Source: Octopus sinensis
Lineage: Eukaryota
Assembly: GCF_006345805.1 (NCBI RefSeq)
Contig: NC_043000.1
Span: 62,186,001-62,250,000 of the forward strand
Direction: 5' to 3'
DNA: 64,000 bases
Shown here: in pieces, positions 27,328-42,439 of the stretch
Numbering within the stretch: the stretch's first letter is position 1
Layout of the letters: the number at the start of each line of letters is the position of its first letter
Notes under the pieces: generated by a model
What the model was told of the DNA's origin: nothing
Seen by the model: the letters and a program-made list of their open reading frames with translations, nothing else
Databases searched by the model: none
Program-made: the position numbers and the translations under genes

Positions 27328-28824
27328 TTCAAGAACTTGCATATTACTATCTCTTTGGATGTATGTCCGTTCGCAACTACTTTTCAGTTGTCGCATTCGA
27401 ATACATGAACACCATTATATTAAGATCTTTGTCATCAATCTTTATTGGATAACTGTACATTGCATTCTGAAAAACAGCAGTTCTCAAAGTTTTATACTTC
27501 CTGATAATTTGGAGTGACACGTATGAATATTAATCATGCATTAGTATGGATTTTAAATAAACCATCTGTTATTTATAAAAAGCCTTAACACTTTTAATTA
27601 CCGCTTGTGATACACCAGTCCGCTGCGGCACATCTCTTTGTTGCTTTAAAATTCTACCACAACAAGCAGATGACCTTTAATTTGAAACTGCATGATATCA
27701 AAATTTCCTAGAAAAAATCGCAATCATAAATTCAATAATAAATTACCTGAAACCACAATGTTTCGTGTTAAAATTTAACACTCCCAAATAACTATTTAAA
27801 ATATAAAGCTTTGCTCATATGGGAAACAACTTTAACAATTGAAATGCAAGAGTAATCTCCCATGGTTTGCCTAATTTCTTTCATAGATGTAATACTGTTA
27901 CCCAATATTAAATTTTTAAAGAAAAATCATGGATCGATCCATTTATTTGCTTGCTTTTGTTTTGCTTGATATTTAGTATTGTAACCGTCACTTTAATACA
28001 TATAGCTAAACATATATATAATAACTATTTTCGTTTGAATATTGCATATCGCATTGCTGTAAGTGTATTTCATCTACTGCAGTAGGTTTTTAATCTAAGA
28101 AGGTGAATGACTTGCGTGTAATTCGAAGCGTGAAAAGTATTCCAGAAACGATAAAATAATTTAGAAGCCATGATAGATGTAACTGACTGTTATCTCTTTA
28201 GCTCTTTCATGAAATTTGTGTTTTTACAGATAATATTTATCTGTAAAAAAAATTATCAAACATTATAAATTAACTCCAGAAAAGTAAATTGTAAAGAAAG
28301 TTGGGTGTTATTCCAGAGAGATCCTGTGAAACAGTTGGGATTATTGTAAAAGTGTTTGTAGTATAAAGTTTTACTAAAAGATTTTTAGATGTCAGTGCAT
28401 CTTCCTTCCGTCATGAAAGTAAATAATTTAACGAGCTTTGGTCAAGCCTAAATGATCTTAAATCTAAAGTAGCACAAAAACCCGGATTAACAATCAACCA
28501 AAAATAGCAAGTAAAGTTTTATTAGTTACACTCAACCGTTTTCAAAGAGGAGGAGCATACTGAACACAACAGTCAAGGATAGACACAGTCTGGGTAGCTG
28601 TAGACGGTAACCATTAATAATATCTGATCGCATAGGCTGCTCAGTGGTTAATCGACAATGACATCTAGAAAAATATGCTTTTCATAATTTTATAATACAC
28701 AAGTAATCAATAATACTTTTATGATATTTTTTGTGTACACGCTGGAAAATATGTACTTTTCAAATATGAATAAATAGATAATAGATGTTTAATTTCCTGT
28801 CTCACTATTATAGTTACACATTAA

Positions 28825-28938
28825 TTTATCGACCCCGAAAGTTGACCTCGGCGGAATTTGAACTCAGAACCTAGCGGCGGACGAAATACCACAAAGCATT
28901 TCGCCCGGCGTGCTAACATTTCGGCCAGCTCGCCGCCC
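28825..28938 (-). mobile_element. SINE family B 5' part
   Basis: Head GGGCGGCGAGCTGGCCGAA on the minus strand. Confidence 0.8.
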
Positions 28939-29275
28939 TATACATTAACCCTTAACCCATGCTGCTACTTTTATTTACTATATTGTTGATAAAGTATGGT
29001 ACTTATTAATAGGGCCCACACGGTTTTCTATTATTAATCCCATACTTGATATTTTAAATATAGACTTATATTCATCTTTATATCTATATTTATTTTTATT
29101 TTAAAAGCAACTTTGATAGGTTTCAGCCAGTATAGGCGCAGGTCATGTCTAACTCAATAACACCACCTGATAAAACCGTTTGTTTTCATTTACTTTCAAA
29201 TTTACTTGGATTAAGAGTTTTATACCTATACTAATACCTTATATCTTTCTTTATATCTCCTCTTTCTCTATTATA

Positions 29276-29310
<35 letters not shown>

Positions 29311-29401
29311 ATATATGTATATATAATATATATATATATTATATATATATATATATATATTATATATAATATATTATATATATATATATATACCGTGATC
29401 A

Positions 29402-29695
29402 CCGTGACCGTCCAGACTATCAGATATTGCTACACATCGCTGGTCACAATGCGTTCGTATTGTTTTAGCCTTCAAATGACGTCACCCGCTGTTAAACGAG
29501 CAGGCCAACAGAAGAAAGAGTGAGAGAAAGTTGTGGCGAAAGAGTACAGCAAGGATCGCCACCACCCCCTGCCGGAGCGTCGTGGAGCTTTAGGTGTTTT
29601 CGCTCAATAAACACTCACAACGCCTAGTCTGGGAATCGAAACCGCAATTCTACAACCGCGAGTCCGCTGCCCTAACCACTGGGTCATTGCGCTCC
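29402..29695 (-). mobile_element. tRNA-derived SINE family C
   Basis: GAGCGCAATGACCCAGTGGTTAGGGCAGCGGACTCGCGG..TTCGATTCCC head; also at 56485, 57670 and 63805. Confidence 0.88.
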
Positions 29696-29722
29696 TCTCT
29701 CTCTCTCTCTTTCTCTCTCGCT

Positions 29723-29812
<90 letters not shown>

Positions 29813-31368
29813 CATATATACACTCCCTACATTTTTCTAATACATTTTTACATTTCTTACTTAATTCCCTAATAGTAGTAATTATTATTTTAATTTAACA
29901 TTGTTAATCTGTATTCCCCCTTTACGTGTCATTAATATAATTAAGACTAATTTATAAATTTCTTTCCCCCTACTTTAGACAATATTAATATTGACCCTTT
30001 CTCCCACCCCCATTATATAATATTTTAACTAATATTAGCTATCCAGCTTTTCTATTTATTTCATTTATTAAACTAATATATATATAGATTTAATTTTTGA
30101 TTTTTTTGATTTTTCCAGTTTCAGCTAATGAGCTGTGGCCATGCTGGGGCACCGCCATTAAGATGTATTTATTTTTCAAGCTTTATATTAAAAAAAAAGT
30201 TTTCATCTATAATAATTTTTCGATAATTTTATTATTCCCTGGATAAAATAAATACCTATATTTACTTACCCTTGACCACTATATTTTGCACACTCCATAC
30301 TAAATGGAAAAAACATTTTTCTTTAATATATGGGGTTTTTCCTTACTCTTTTATTTATACAAATAACTTATTAACACTGATCTTATTTCGTTTCTTTCTT
30401 CCTTTATGTATTTATTATATTATAAATTGCACACAGGGACATTTTATCCCTTAAATCGTAAAATAACTATAACATTTTTCTTTGATATAAGATTTTTTTC
30501 CTAGCTCTTTTATTTATAAACATAGCATATTAACTCTGTTTTTGTATATTCTTTCTTTGTTTCCTTCTGGCTGTCTGTCTGTTTGTCTTTATTTATTTAT
30601 TATTCATTTATTATATATTACATTACCGTTAATGATACTTAGATAAATGGACAGCTACTTTTTAAAATATGACCAATGGATTCTCTTACTTGTTTAATTA
30701 TTACAAAGTAGATTTAGATGCGCCATTTTTTTTACTAATGTAAATTAGTACGTATAACAAGTACATTTTTATTTTTTCTGTTATTCACCTTTGTATTAGT
30801 ATTTTTTATTTTCATTGAACCCTATTTGAACATAAGTAAACAGTTGAGTTTGAATCTAAGTAGTAACACATTTTTGCACAAATATATATACATATAATTC
30901 TTGTATATGTGTATTAAGTACTTGTATATTTATATAATTATTTGCATGCGATTTCTTCACAGATATTTACATGTATTTATTATGTATGAACGTGTAAATA
31001 TATGTAGGTATATACACAAGATATGATTATGGCTGTACTCGTTTAATCTTTGTTCTTTATTTTATTTTTATTTATCTTCATGTATTTCTATATGTATAAA
31101 TATTTTAACGTATTTATATTCATATATGCATTCAAAAATATAGGTATTTTTACCTATAACTCTACCCATTTATTTTTTTTATTTTCATTTACCCTTATTA
31201 CTTAAATTTTTATAAATATATTTAACCTAATAATAATATGATATCTAAATACAAGGTTAATTACCATATATTGTTTATTTCTATATTTTTCAATGATTAC
31301 CGAGAATATATTATATTACTAAAATTTTTATAAATATATACACTTATATTAACTGTTTCTAACATAAT

Positions 31369-31740
31369 AGGCGCTGGAATGGCTGTATGGTAAGTAGCTT
31401 GCTTACCAACCACATGGTTCCGGGTTCAATCCCACTGCGTAGCATCTTGGGCAAGTGTCTTCTACTATAGCTTCAGGCCCACCAAAGCCTTATGAGTGGA
31501 TTTGGTAGACGGAAAGAAGCCAGTCGTATATATGTATATATATGTGTGTGTGTGTATATGTTTGTGTCTGTGTTTGTCCTCCTAGCATTGCTTTATGTCC
31601 CCGTCACTTAGCAGTTCGGCAAAAGAAACCGATGGAATAAGTACTAGGTTTACAAAGAATAAGTCCCAGGGTCGATTTGCTCGACTAAAGGTTGTGCTCC
31701 AGCATGGCCGCAGTCAAATGATTGAAACAAGTAAAGAGAG
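31369..31740 (+). mobile_element. SINE family A, full length
   Basis: AGGCGCTGGAATGGCTGTATGGTAAG head to ATTGAAACAAGTAAAGAG tail. Confidence 0.9.
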
Positions 31741-32283
31741 TATTAATTTGATACTTAAATATACAGTTTATTACTATATATTACTTTATACTTTTGATGT
31801 TTACCCAAAGCATATTATTTCTTTATATTTACTTCTCTAAGTATACTACTTTCCCCAACTTTATAAGGTTTATACCAAATGTTTCTATAGAACAATACTC
31901 AGTTAGCCTTAGTGCTCCATACACTTAACACATAAAAATATAGAAATGTAATAATGGTATATCTTTTTGCTACCTCCGATGAAATTCAACTTTATAATGA
32001 TTTAACTATTTTTAGTAATTTGCAAAGTCTGAATCGAAACGGCTGTCAGGGATTATGTCTAAGTTTTGTAATTAATAAATATAATCATTGCTTACTTTAT
32101 CTCTGTTTTCTTATTTTTCTTAAATAATTATAAACCTCAGTTTATTTAATTACCTATTTTTATATATTAAAACTAATATTCAAAATAAATAATAGCTAGG
32201 AAAGCAATAAGTTCATTGGATATTATTATCCCTTCCTCATGAGGCTTATTTAACCTCTAATGGAACTATATATATATATACAT

Positions 32284-32340
<57 letters not shown>

Positions 32341-32461
32341 ACGGTAAGCTTATGAAAATAGACGAAGGCAGGTTTACGGAAATAAACAAAAGACGAAGGC
32401 AGGTGGAATACAAACAAACAATTGTATTAGTATGGCGCTCAGGAAATATAAATGAAACAAG

Positions 32462-32494
32462 TCTTTAACGTTTCGAGCCTACGCTCTTCAACAG
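32462..32494 (-). ncRNA. Decayed minimal HHR motif (A6 to U)
   Basis: CTGTTGA-A-GAGC GTAG GCTC-GAAA-CGTT-AAAGA; palindromic AACGTT; stem I 5' strand lost into (TA)n. Confidence 0.45.
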
Positions 32495-32508
32495 ATATAT
32501 ATGCATAT

Positions 32509-32825
32509 AGGTGCAGAGCAGGCGTGGCTGTATGGTACGAAATTTGCTTCCCAAGCTAGTGGTTCTACGTTCAGTCTCAATGCGTGACAACCGGAACAAA
32601 AGTTTTCTGCTATAGCTCCGGGCCGACCAAAGCCTTGTGAATGGATTCGGTGGGTATAAATAAATATATTATATTTATGCGTGTACGTGTATACGTCCCC
32701 TAAGATTAGTGGTTCGGCAAAACAAAACGATAGAATAATTACCAGGCTTTAAAAGTTATATCCTAAAATTCTTCAAGATGGTGCCCCAGCATGACCACAG
32801 CCTAAACGAATGAAGCAAGTAAAAG
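32509..32825 (+). mobile_element. SINE family A, diverged
   Basis: Family consensus match. Confidence 0.75.
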
Positions 32826-33057
32826 ATAATGCATATATATATAAATATATATACTTATCTTACATACTCTCTGTGTCTACACATACACTCACACACAAAC
32901 ACACACATACACACAAACACACACACACATCATTCTATATATATATATATAAATAATAAGGGTGAAAAATTTAATATTAATTTGATTAATATCAATTTTA
33001 AAACCAGTGGTCGAGCGTATAGAAAAATCTGAAGAGTCAGAAAAATTTTATTACATA

Positions 33058-33239
33058 CATATAAGAGGGATGACCACTAAGTGGACATCCATTATGCTAA
33101 AAGTCGACCCCGTATGGTCTTACCACTAAGAAAGGAATGTTCTCAAGAACACTTTCTTGAGAACATTCCTTTCTTAGTTGTAAGACCATAGGGGGTCGAC
33201 TTCAGGCATAATGGATGTCCACTTAGTGGTCATCTCCCT

Positions 33240-33245
<6 letters not shown>
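33058..33245. repeat. Near-perfect ~190-bp palindrome next to (TG)n
   Basis: Arms of about 92 bp meeting near 33150. Confidence 0.9.
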
Positions 33246-33326
<81 letters not shown>

Positions 33327-34449
33327 ATACTACATGGATGTAATCGGAATCCGATATACATTACTGAAACGACTGGCGAAGCTTAATTTAATCGCTGCTA
33401 TAAAAGTAACCTCCCTTAGTCTACAAGTTGTTCCTGCTTTACAAACTATGTTGCAGCAGTAATTGCTTTGTGTCAGTGCGTGCGTGCATTCGTGTTCGAG
33501 TATGTGCCTGCGTGCGCATGTGTATGTATGTGCGTATGTGACTTTTTGATTTGAAATATTCCAAGCAGACTTCAATCTGAATAATTGTTTTGGCTTACAA
33601 GGAATCAACCACTGGGGACGAGTTGATCGATTTACACTTTTCCCCACAAATAACTGGTCTTGTACCAAAACTTGAGACCAACATTTATGTGGGTTGCCTT
33701 CAATAGACTGTTTCACTTCAAAGTAATGTTAGTAACAGAATATCATAACTACAAGCATAAGAAAAACGTGTAAATGTTTCAGTGAGACATTAACCTGCAA
33801 ATTTAGGTTTCGACTTAATGAGAGCCTCTACAATTGTCACAATGAGTTTTTTGACAATATGTGCGAGAAATAATCTAACTCAATTATCTACACGTACTAA
33901 TCCCCCAAACCTGCCATTTTCGGTTCTACCACCTCTGAAACTAAAACTCCGAATTTCTATTACATTGGAAACAATGGGTTGTAGTTTTATTTTATGCTGT
34001 CATACCTAACCTTTGTTCACTGTGTTCTCCATCAATGATCCCAAGCTGTTAGTTGTATTCTCATACACACAATGCAGATGTCTTCCAGATTCCATTCGCT
34101 CTCACCTTTCAACCTGCTCCTCAGCTGCTTAGCTCAACCTCCTTTGCAACTGCTCCTATCTTACTCAATCTCCACTCTTATCCTTCAAATGGACATCTTT
34201 GGTTTCAAATTTTGTCTCAAGGCCATCAAGGGTGAGTAAGTCGATTACATCTATCTCAATGCTCATCTTGTAATTATTTCACCAACTTCGAAAGCATGAA
34301 GGGCAAAGTCGACCTCGCCGGAATTTGGATTCAGAACGTAAAGGCAGATGAAATATCACTAAGTATTTTCCCGGTGTGCTGACGATTCTGCCTGCTCGCC
34401 GCTTTTTCAGTAGGAAATATTAAAAGAAGGAAATCTCGAGCTCGATCTC

Positions 34450-34533
34450 AGTAAAATCGCTCCCATACCTTCAGAAAAAACTTAGAACTTTGAAGTTCTA
34501 AGTTTTTTCTGAAGGTATGGGAGCGATTTTACT
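34450..34533. repeat. Perfect 41-bp-arm palindrome with a 2-nt spacer
   Basis: AGTAAAATCGCTCCCATACCTTCAGAAAAAACTTAGAACTT-TG-reverse complement. Confidence 0.9.
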
Positions 34534-34847
34534 TCAAAGTATTCCCGATTTCTTTGAATCACTGTGCATTTATTCTTATCGTTGTAGATCGCTTGTCTAG
34601 AGTATCAATGTAATCGATGCCCTTAAATGCATCAGTGTAATAGATTATTTGCTGAACATTCGTAACAACCCTCAGGTGTTCACTGCAGGTAAGTTAGCCC
34701 TTTCACACTTCTCAGATGGTGTGGCTAAGAATTTCACTATACGGTTACGTGATTTTAAGTTCAGTCTCACTGTACAGCACCTTAGGTAAGTGTCTACTAT
34801 TGTAGCTTCGTAGCGACCAATCTCGTGTGTTGCAATTTGTTAGACAG

Positions 34848-34878
<31 letters not shown>

Positions 34879-35638
34879 CGTTCGTGCCTATATTCGCGTG
34901 TGCATGTGTGTATGAGTATGTGTACGTGTGTACATGTGGTATATTTGTATGTGTATGTATGCCTGCATGCGCGTGTGTAAATGTGTGTGGTGTGTGTGTG
35001 TGTGTGTGTGTGTTTGTATGCGTGTGTTTGTGTGTTTGTATTTATGCGTTTACCTTATTCGTTGTTAGAAGAACGAAGGGAAACATTGAGTTCCTTAGAA
35101 ATGTAAAGCTTGGCGGAAGGAAGAACATCCGTCTTTCAAAATTATTCCTCAGCAAGGTTGTTTGACCATTGCAAGCATGGAAAAGTGAACGTTAAGACTA
35201 CTACTACTACAACCACCACCAACACGACTACCACCACTACTACTACTACTATGACGCTGACGATGAAGACGACGATGACAACGATGAAGACGATAACGAC
35301 GATGACGATGATGATGATTAAACAATGTAAAAATACTTGCACTCAGAAATGCACTCAGAAATGCACGTGGAGAAAGAATCGAGACAAACTATCTATGAGT
35401 TTTCTCCCTTGCATCACATTTTTCTATACACAGCAGGCGCTTGAAAGATAGCGTGTATAAAGTAATGAGACGATGGTAAATAAATAATACACGAGTGATA
35501 TGCTAAGTGCAACGCATTATCACGTTATTGAAACTAAAAGTAGCTGATGAAACTGAAAGTAGCAGAATATTCATCCTGTAAACACTGTGTAATAATATTA
35601 TTCTGACTTCAATTGAATTCTCTACACTTCTTCCAGAA

Positions 35639-35688
<50 letters not shown>

Positions 35689-35835
35689 TTGTGTGTGTGC
35701 ATGCGTGCGTGCGTGTATTCGCGTGTGTGTGGGAGAGAGAAAGAGAGCGAGTTTGTGAGTGTGTGTGTGTGCGTATATTTATGTGAGTGTGTGCATACGG
35801 AAGTGCTTCTACGTGATGAATCCAGACAGCCATTA

Positions 35836-36290
35836 AGGTGGCGAACTGGCAGAATCGTTAGCACGCCGGGCGAAATGCGTAGCCGTTATTTCGTCTACCG
35901 CTACGTTCTGAGTTCAAATACCCCCTTTCATCCTTTCGGTGTTGATTAAATAAGTACCAGTTACGCACTGGGTCGATATAATCGACTTAATCCATTTGTC
36001 TGTCCTTGTTTGTCCTCTCTGTGCTTAGCCCCTTGTGGGTAGTAAAGAAATAGGTATTTCGTCTGCCGCTACGTTCTGAGTTCAAATTCCGCGTAGGTCG
36101 ACTTTGCCTTTCATCCATTCGGGGTCGATAAATTAAGTACCAGTTACGCACTGGGGTCGATGTAATCGACTTAATCCCTTTGTCCTTGTTTGTCTCCTCT
36201 ATGTGAATTTTTAATTATTTTCTGAGATTTTACAAAAACAACAAAAATATTTTTTAATTTTCTTGTGGCCCCTTGTGGCCAATAAAGAAA
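35836..36290 (+). mobile_element. Dimeric SINE family B
   Basis: Head, body and tail, then body restarts at AATAGGTATTTCGTC. Confidence 0.85.
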
Positions 36291-39200
36291 TAGAAATCCA
36301 GATAGCCATAGTCTTGTTTTCTGAAACGACAATATTTATTCCGATTAGTAAGCCTTCACAATCTGAGTTCACATTTCACCGAGGTCGACATTGCCTTTCA
36401 TCCTTCCAAGGTGGATAAAATTAATACTTGTTGAGCACTGAGGTCGATGTAATTTAGTTACCCTCTACTCTGAATTTGCTGACCTTTTGCCAAAATTTAA
36501 AACCAAAATTTATTACGGTTAATCTTACAGAAACTATTTGAGTGCATTCTATACTAAGATATAGTTAAGTGTGCTATTTTTAATGCTAAATTAGGTCTGA
36601 GGCCAGTATTGCTAACTACTGAATTTGCCAGTAATAATGTTCCTGCTATTCGTTATAAAATAGCAATATCTATAGAAATACCACAACTAATTTTTGTGGT
36701 ATAGTGTAATATCTTTTCATCGAAACCAGATTTATGTATGATACAATACGAGCCATGACCCAGGGACTCCCACGCTTATAGGTGTGCTGCAATATTGGGG
36801 TCCATTTTACTCAGAGAAACCTAAAGCTTGGAATTAAAAATTGAAAAATATGTTTATAGTAATCAAATAAATTCATTCAATTGATTAGTTATTTTTTATG
36901 TTATAACCCAACAGAGTTCTTTTAAAATTTAAGCTCTGTTGCTTTATTGCGCTTTGTTAATTTTAAAAAATCATTAAATTTTAGTCCCGCTGAATCTAAC
37001 AAGGTCCTTTTAAATTTTGAGGCCTCCTCAAATTGTTTGGGTCCCTTAGATTTAATGGAATCGTCTTTTATATTTGAGTATGGTTTCTTCTGATATAAAA
37101 GCAGGCAGTGAACAGCAGCGCATTATCTGAACAAATGAACAAGGAAGCATCAGCATGTCAGAAGTCTATACAAGTGCTTGTAGACATTAATTTTTACAAA
37201 ATATTCAAAAATCCTTTAAGGAAAACACAAAATTGGATATGAAATTGTATATGTTCGTTGTATTTTGATTTGCTTCTGTAATGCACAGTTTTGTTTTTTA
37301 TATCTAAATAATTAAGAGTTACGAACGGAAAACCATAGAGAGGGAGCCCGAAGCCTACTGGCCCAGGAGTCTCACTATGTCTAAATCCGGTTATTTCCTT
37401 CATTATTCTTTGTTGAACTTCTTGCTGCTTACTTAAGATTACTGCGTTGATTTAGTAAATTAGTGTCTTACAATTTGATAAATAATGGAACAAAGATTTG
37501 AGCCGTAATATCTATGGTATGATTTATTGACAATGAAGAGATTTCTATCAGATATTACACCCTCAATACTTCTCTTTTTTATGCAGGGGTCAAATATATA
37601 ATTGATTAATTACTAGAACTTTAATTGCACAATAAGTTATGCACAAATACAATATACAATGCATGAATACAGTAGTAGAAAATAAGTTAAACTAATTAAA
37701 AGCATTTTATCCAAGGGAGGTTTAAAAAAAAACTTCAGTGCCTTAGGACAGATATTGTCATAATGGTATAGTAAAATTACAGAAACAATATAAAGGTAAT
37801 CATCTAGAGAAAAATCCTGGATATTTCATACAATATAAAACAAATTCAATTCAGCTAAATATATGGATTTTAAATTTTGACACAAGGCCAGCAATTCCAG
37901 GTGAGGGGTTAAGTCGGTTACATCGACTCCAGTGCTCAATTACTATTTATTTTATTGGCGACCCCTGTTGTACTCTTTCACCCCAACTTTCTCTCACTCT
38001 TTCTTCCTGTTTCTTGAGTAACGCTTCGATGGACAGGCGTCCCGTCCAGCTGGGGGGAACACATACGCCACAGAAACCGGGAAACCGGGCCCATGAGCCT
38101 GGCTATGCTTGAAAAGGCCGCAAGGGCGCATAAAAAAAAATAAACGGGGCATCTTCTGAGATATCTAAGAAAAGGCTCACAACCACTGTAATACCCGAAA
38201 ACTGATATCACAACATAGTATTTATGTGATCGTGTTAAAAAAATTTTATTACCGAGAGGTAATATTTATCCCCGCTTAAGCTATGCTGCGGTGGTTAGCA
38301 TGAAAGAAACTATCATATTGAGTTTTTTTACATCCTTGCTTATATAGCTAGCGAGGACTTGTTTTCCCGTTAGTGATATAAGCAAGAGTGCATTTCGCAC
38401 CAATAAGTGAGTTTTTCTCATGATAACTGCCGCAGTATAGTTTGTTATAACAGAACATCCACGTTTAAGCGGAGATGAATATCGATGAATATCTGACAAT
38501 AGGTATTGCAATGTTGCAGCCGTTTGAACTTCTGAAAATATACATCACAACGTAGTATCTAGTGTGATAGCGGTTGTATAATAATAGACGTTACAATATG
38601 AACCTTACTGACAGATACATGATTTTGATCATATTATAGTGGAATGAACGAATTTCAGGCAATTGATCGCTGGTTGAATAATCACCTACCATTTCCGAAT
38701 CTCAAGAGTGCATAAGAGCGGATTGATGATTAAATATTCGTTTATATATCATAATTTTGGCAAATTAGAGCAGTTATCTTGCCAAGATAGAACCAAATAT
38801 TCAGAATAACGGAAAGATTTTGTAGTCATTAATGGCAGTTTTCACAATGTAATTAAACGCAACCCAGCCTTGGAGTTTGTACGTCATCACTCGATCTGCC
38901 TCCTAGAAATAAGTCAAAAGATTCTGAATTTACAACCTATCGGAAAAATAAATGGTTACATTGAATAATGTTGAATAAGTACGTTATTCTTGAATACAAA
39001 AGTTGTCAAGGGTAAATAATTTTACTCACAAGTGTGCTCGATCAGACCTCACTTAGTGCTAAGGAGCAAGAAAATTTCGAAGCCATAGCAGAAGAATGTA
39101 ATCTCATTATTTAGCGAGAAAGATAATCTTAATTTTGAAATATATATATATATATATAACTAATGTAGGATAAAAACTTTTTTCGAAAAAAAATTTTATC

Positions 39201-40697
39201 AATGGCCGGCATATCAAAAATACCTTTAAAAATATATATATAAACCTTTAAAGATATATATATATATTATATATATATATTATATATATATATATACATG
39301 TACATATGTATGTATGTATGCATGTATGTATGTATACATGTATGTAGATAGATGGATATAAATATACATATGCATATATGTATACCCGTATATATACGTG
39401 TGTGTGTGTGTGTGTGTGTACATATACACATTCATATATATTGGGATTTCTGACAGTATTATTTAAAACAGTCTTATTCGGTCCATGTGACTTTAAGTTT
39501 CGCTGTCCTCTATCAGAAGCCCGTCTCTCTCAGGCTTGACTTTAAATTTTACCAGTTTCATAACTGCCTTTCATTCTTCCGAGTTCCTTAAAGTAATATA
39601 CCAGTCATGTAGTGGCGTTCACGTAAAAGATATAACGTCTCCTTCAAATGCGGTAGTTAGTCACTTCATTTTAATTTGAGTTCAAATAGCGCTAAGATCA
39701 AATCTGCTTTCTTGTCCTCTGGGATCCATAAAAGCATCGCAATCGATTGAATTTACATAGCAATAGAACACCACCAAAACTTGAATACTTTTCCAGTTAT
39801 ATTTCTTTATTACTAAAGTTGAGAGCGGGACTGTAGCAGAGAATCGGAAGGGAAGAAAGACTATGTCGTAATATCTGGTTAGTTATTTTTATGTTCTGCG
39901 TTCAAAATACACCGAAGTCGAATTTGATTGTTACCCTACGCATGGAACTCGATAAAATCATGTAACAGTCAAGTTCCAGTGTCAATTTACGAGACAAAAC
40001 CTCTTCCCTTTAATGTGTTGATTTAAAGCCCTGCGCTATTTAAACAATTCATTTCATGTTTTGAGTTCAAATCATGCTAAGAACAGATTTACATGTTGTC
40101 CTTCCAGAGTCCATAAAAGTATTGCTATCCATTAAATTGAGTTAAAAGCACATACCACCACCGAAAACTTGGTTATTTCTCCAGTTAGAATTCTTTATCA
40201 TGACTGTGGAACGTGACACCATTGAGAGAGCATTAGAAGTTTGTGTGGGTGGAGTGTACCCTTGTAATTTAATTTAGTGTTTTAATCTTCTGAGTTCGAA
40301 ATCCATCGAAGTCGACTTTGCCTGTTACCAATCCGGGCCTCAATAAAATAAAACACTAATCAAGTACTGAGGACAATGTAATCGATTAACATCTACCCTA
40401 AAAAATTGTTAGTCTTTTTACAGAATTTAGATTTCCAATTTTCGCACAAGGCCAGCAATTTAGGGGTAAGGGAATAAAGTCTACTAAATCGATCCCACCA
40501 TCAAACTGATACTTATTTTATCCACCTCGGTGGAATTTGGACAGAGAATGTAAAAACGGACGAAATGCCGCTAAAGATTTTGCTCGGCTTGCTAACGATT
40601 CTGCTAGTATGCCGCCTTTGCATTTCTAAATATTGACATTTAAATTTGTGTCAGATTGTTGGAACTACCCAGGTATTACTTTCCTCAATGTCGTTTT

Positions 40698-41102
40698 GGA
40701 TCTTTTCGGTTTGAACGGCAGTTTTTTCTAGCGGTGTCATATGAAATTGTCACCCATAATTATGACCCTAGTATCGATCTATTGCATTTCAATCTATTTT
40801 AGGGTTAGGGTTAGGATTAGGGGGAAGGGTATCTATTTTTCTTCACAAATGTAAATAAACCCAATCTGTTTCTTAAACGAGGGACATATTCATACGGCAC
40901 ATAATGTTTTTACCTCAATAGTGTCAGTGATTGGTTGAAATTGCAGAAAAAACAACAACAAATATCTTACAAACTATAGAATTTTCTCAATAAAGTCAAG
41001 AGAAAAAGATGTTTTATAAACACATTCTACCAGTATACGAAGTTTAAAATTTTTTAGTTACCTAGAAATTGTTAAAAACTGCCGTTCAAACCGAAAAGAT
41101 CC
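40698..41102. mobile_element. MITE with ~29-bp TIRs and a candidate 8-bp TSD (Merlin-like); internal TTAGGG-like tract
   Basis: TIR GGATCTTTTCGGTTTGAACGGCAGTTTTT / AAAAACTGCCGTTCAAACCGAAAAGATCC; GTCGTTTT (40690-40697) vs GCCGTTTT (41103-41110); AGGGTTAGGGTTAGGATTAGGG at 40801. Confidence 0.75.
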
Positions 41103-42439
41103 GCCGTTTTTCATAACAGCCGTGTAATATAGAACAAAGCTGGAATACATGTTGAAGGTTATAACAACAATGAATTCAAGACGGGTCAACCATTTCAGCT
41201 AGCTGCAGTAGTAACGTTTGTTATTGTGTCAAATTGAATTGATATTTCGTGTTTACATGACTTGCTGTCCTGAGTCTTTCGTTTGTCAAACTTGCCTGTA
41301 GCTTCAAAGGGAGTGGAGAAAGCAAAGCTAATCCTGTTTAATTAGCGGCCAATATTGAATATAAACGAGTTGTTGCTGTGTTACGATTACTTTCAATATA
41401 TGTCACGTCCTAAAGATCTAAAATTTCCATAATTGTTTCTTATGCATATACAACTATTTTAAGGCGATGTAATGGACGTATATTAGATTTATATAAATGT
41501 TACTAAGTTACGAATACGTCTCCAGAAATTATTTTTATTTTATAGCATTTTACATGTTTACAGAGCAAAATTTAAATTTGCTACACTTACTGAAGACAGT
41601 TGTAAGAAAATAGTTTACTGTGATACATGTATTCTAATTTTTCCTTGAGAAGAGTAGCAGAAAAATACATTTTAGTATCTAACGCGAGATGCATGAAAGC
41701 TGATCATCATCTCAAGTTGGTCATTATAATATCTAATATGATTTGTTTGGTTTCAGTTATTGCTATACAGAGGTATGAAACAGATCAGGCTAGATAATAA
41801 GTGTAACTTGCTAATATTAAAGGACTTAGATGAAGCATCGAGCTGGCAGAGTCGTTAGCACGTCCAGCAAATTGCTTAGCGGCATTTCGTCCGCCTTTAC
41901 GCTCCGTGTTTAAACTACACTGCGGTCGACTTTCGTCCCTTTCGGAAGCGATAAAACAAACAACTGTTGAATGCCGAGATCAATGTAACCGACTTACAAT
42001 TTACCCCGAAATTGCTGGCCTTGTGCACTTAGGTTTTGCTGCTAAATCTTAGTTCAAAGAATTACGTTGTAATTCAGTTGAAATAGGTATAGTTATCACG
42101 TCTACTTAGCATCAAAGCTCTATGGTTTAATGTTATTGTCATGATAGGCATACACTGGTGGGTACAAAATGTTCATAATGTTAAATAATTTTGTTTGTTG
42201 CGAGGAACAAGAGAAAGCTAATGTTTTATTTATTTCACAGAGAAGCATTATTGATAGTTTGTATTAAAGCAGAATCGCATTATTCAACAGACACCCATTA
42301 ACCCTTCCATCCATCCATCCATCCATCCATCCATACATACATACATACACACACACACACATACACACATACATACATACATACATACATACATACATAC
42401 ATACATACATACATACACCAATATGGTCAGAAAAATACA

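Noticed and set aside
28520-28640. Minus-strand 33-aa ORF with a hydrophobic stretch (MRSDIINGYRLQLPRLCLSLTVVFSMLLLFENG)
   Set aside because: Too short, with a weak donor and no linked exon
40801-40822. TTAGGG-like tract as an interstitial telomere or fusion site
   Set aside because: Only 3-4 units, inside a MITE
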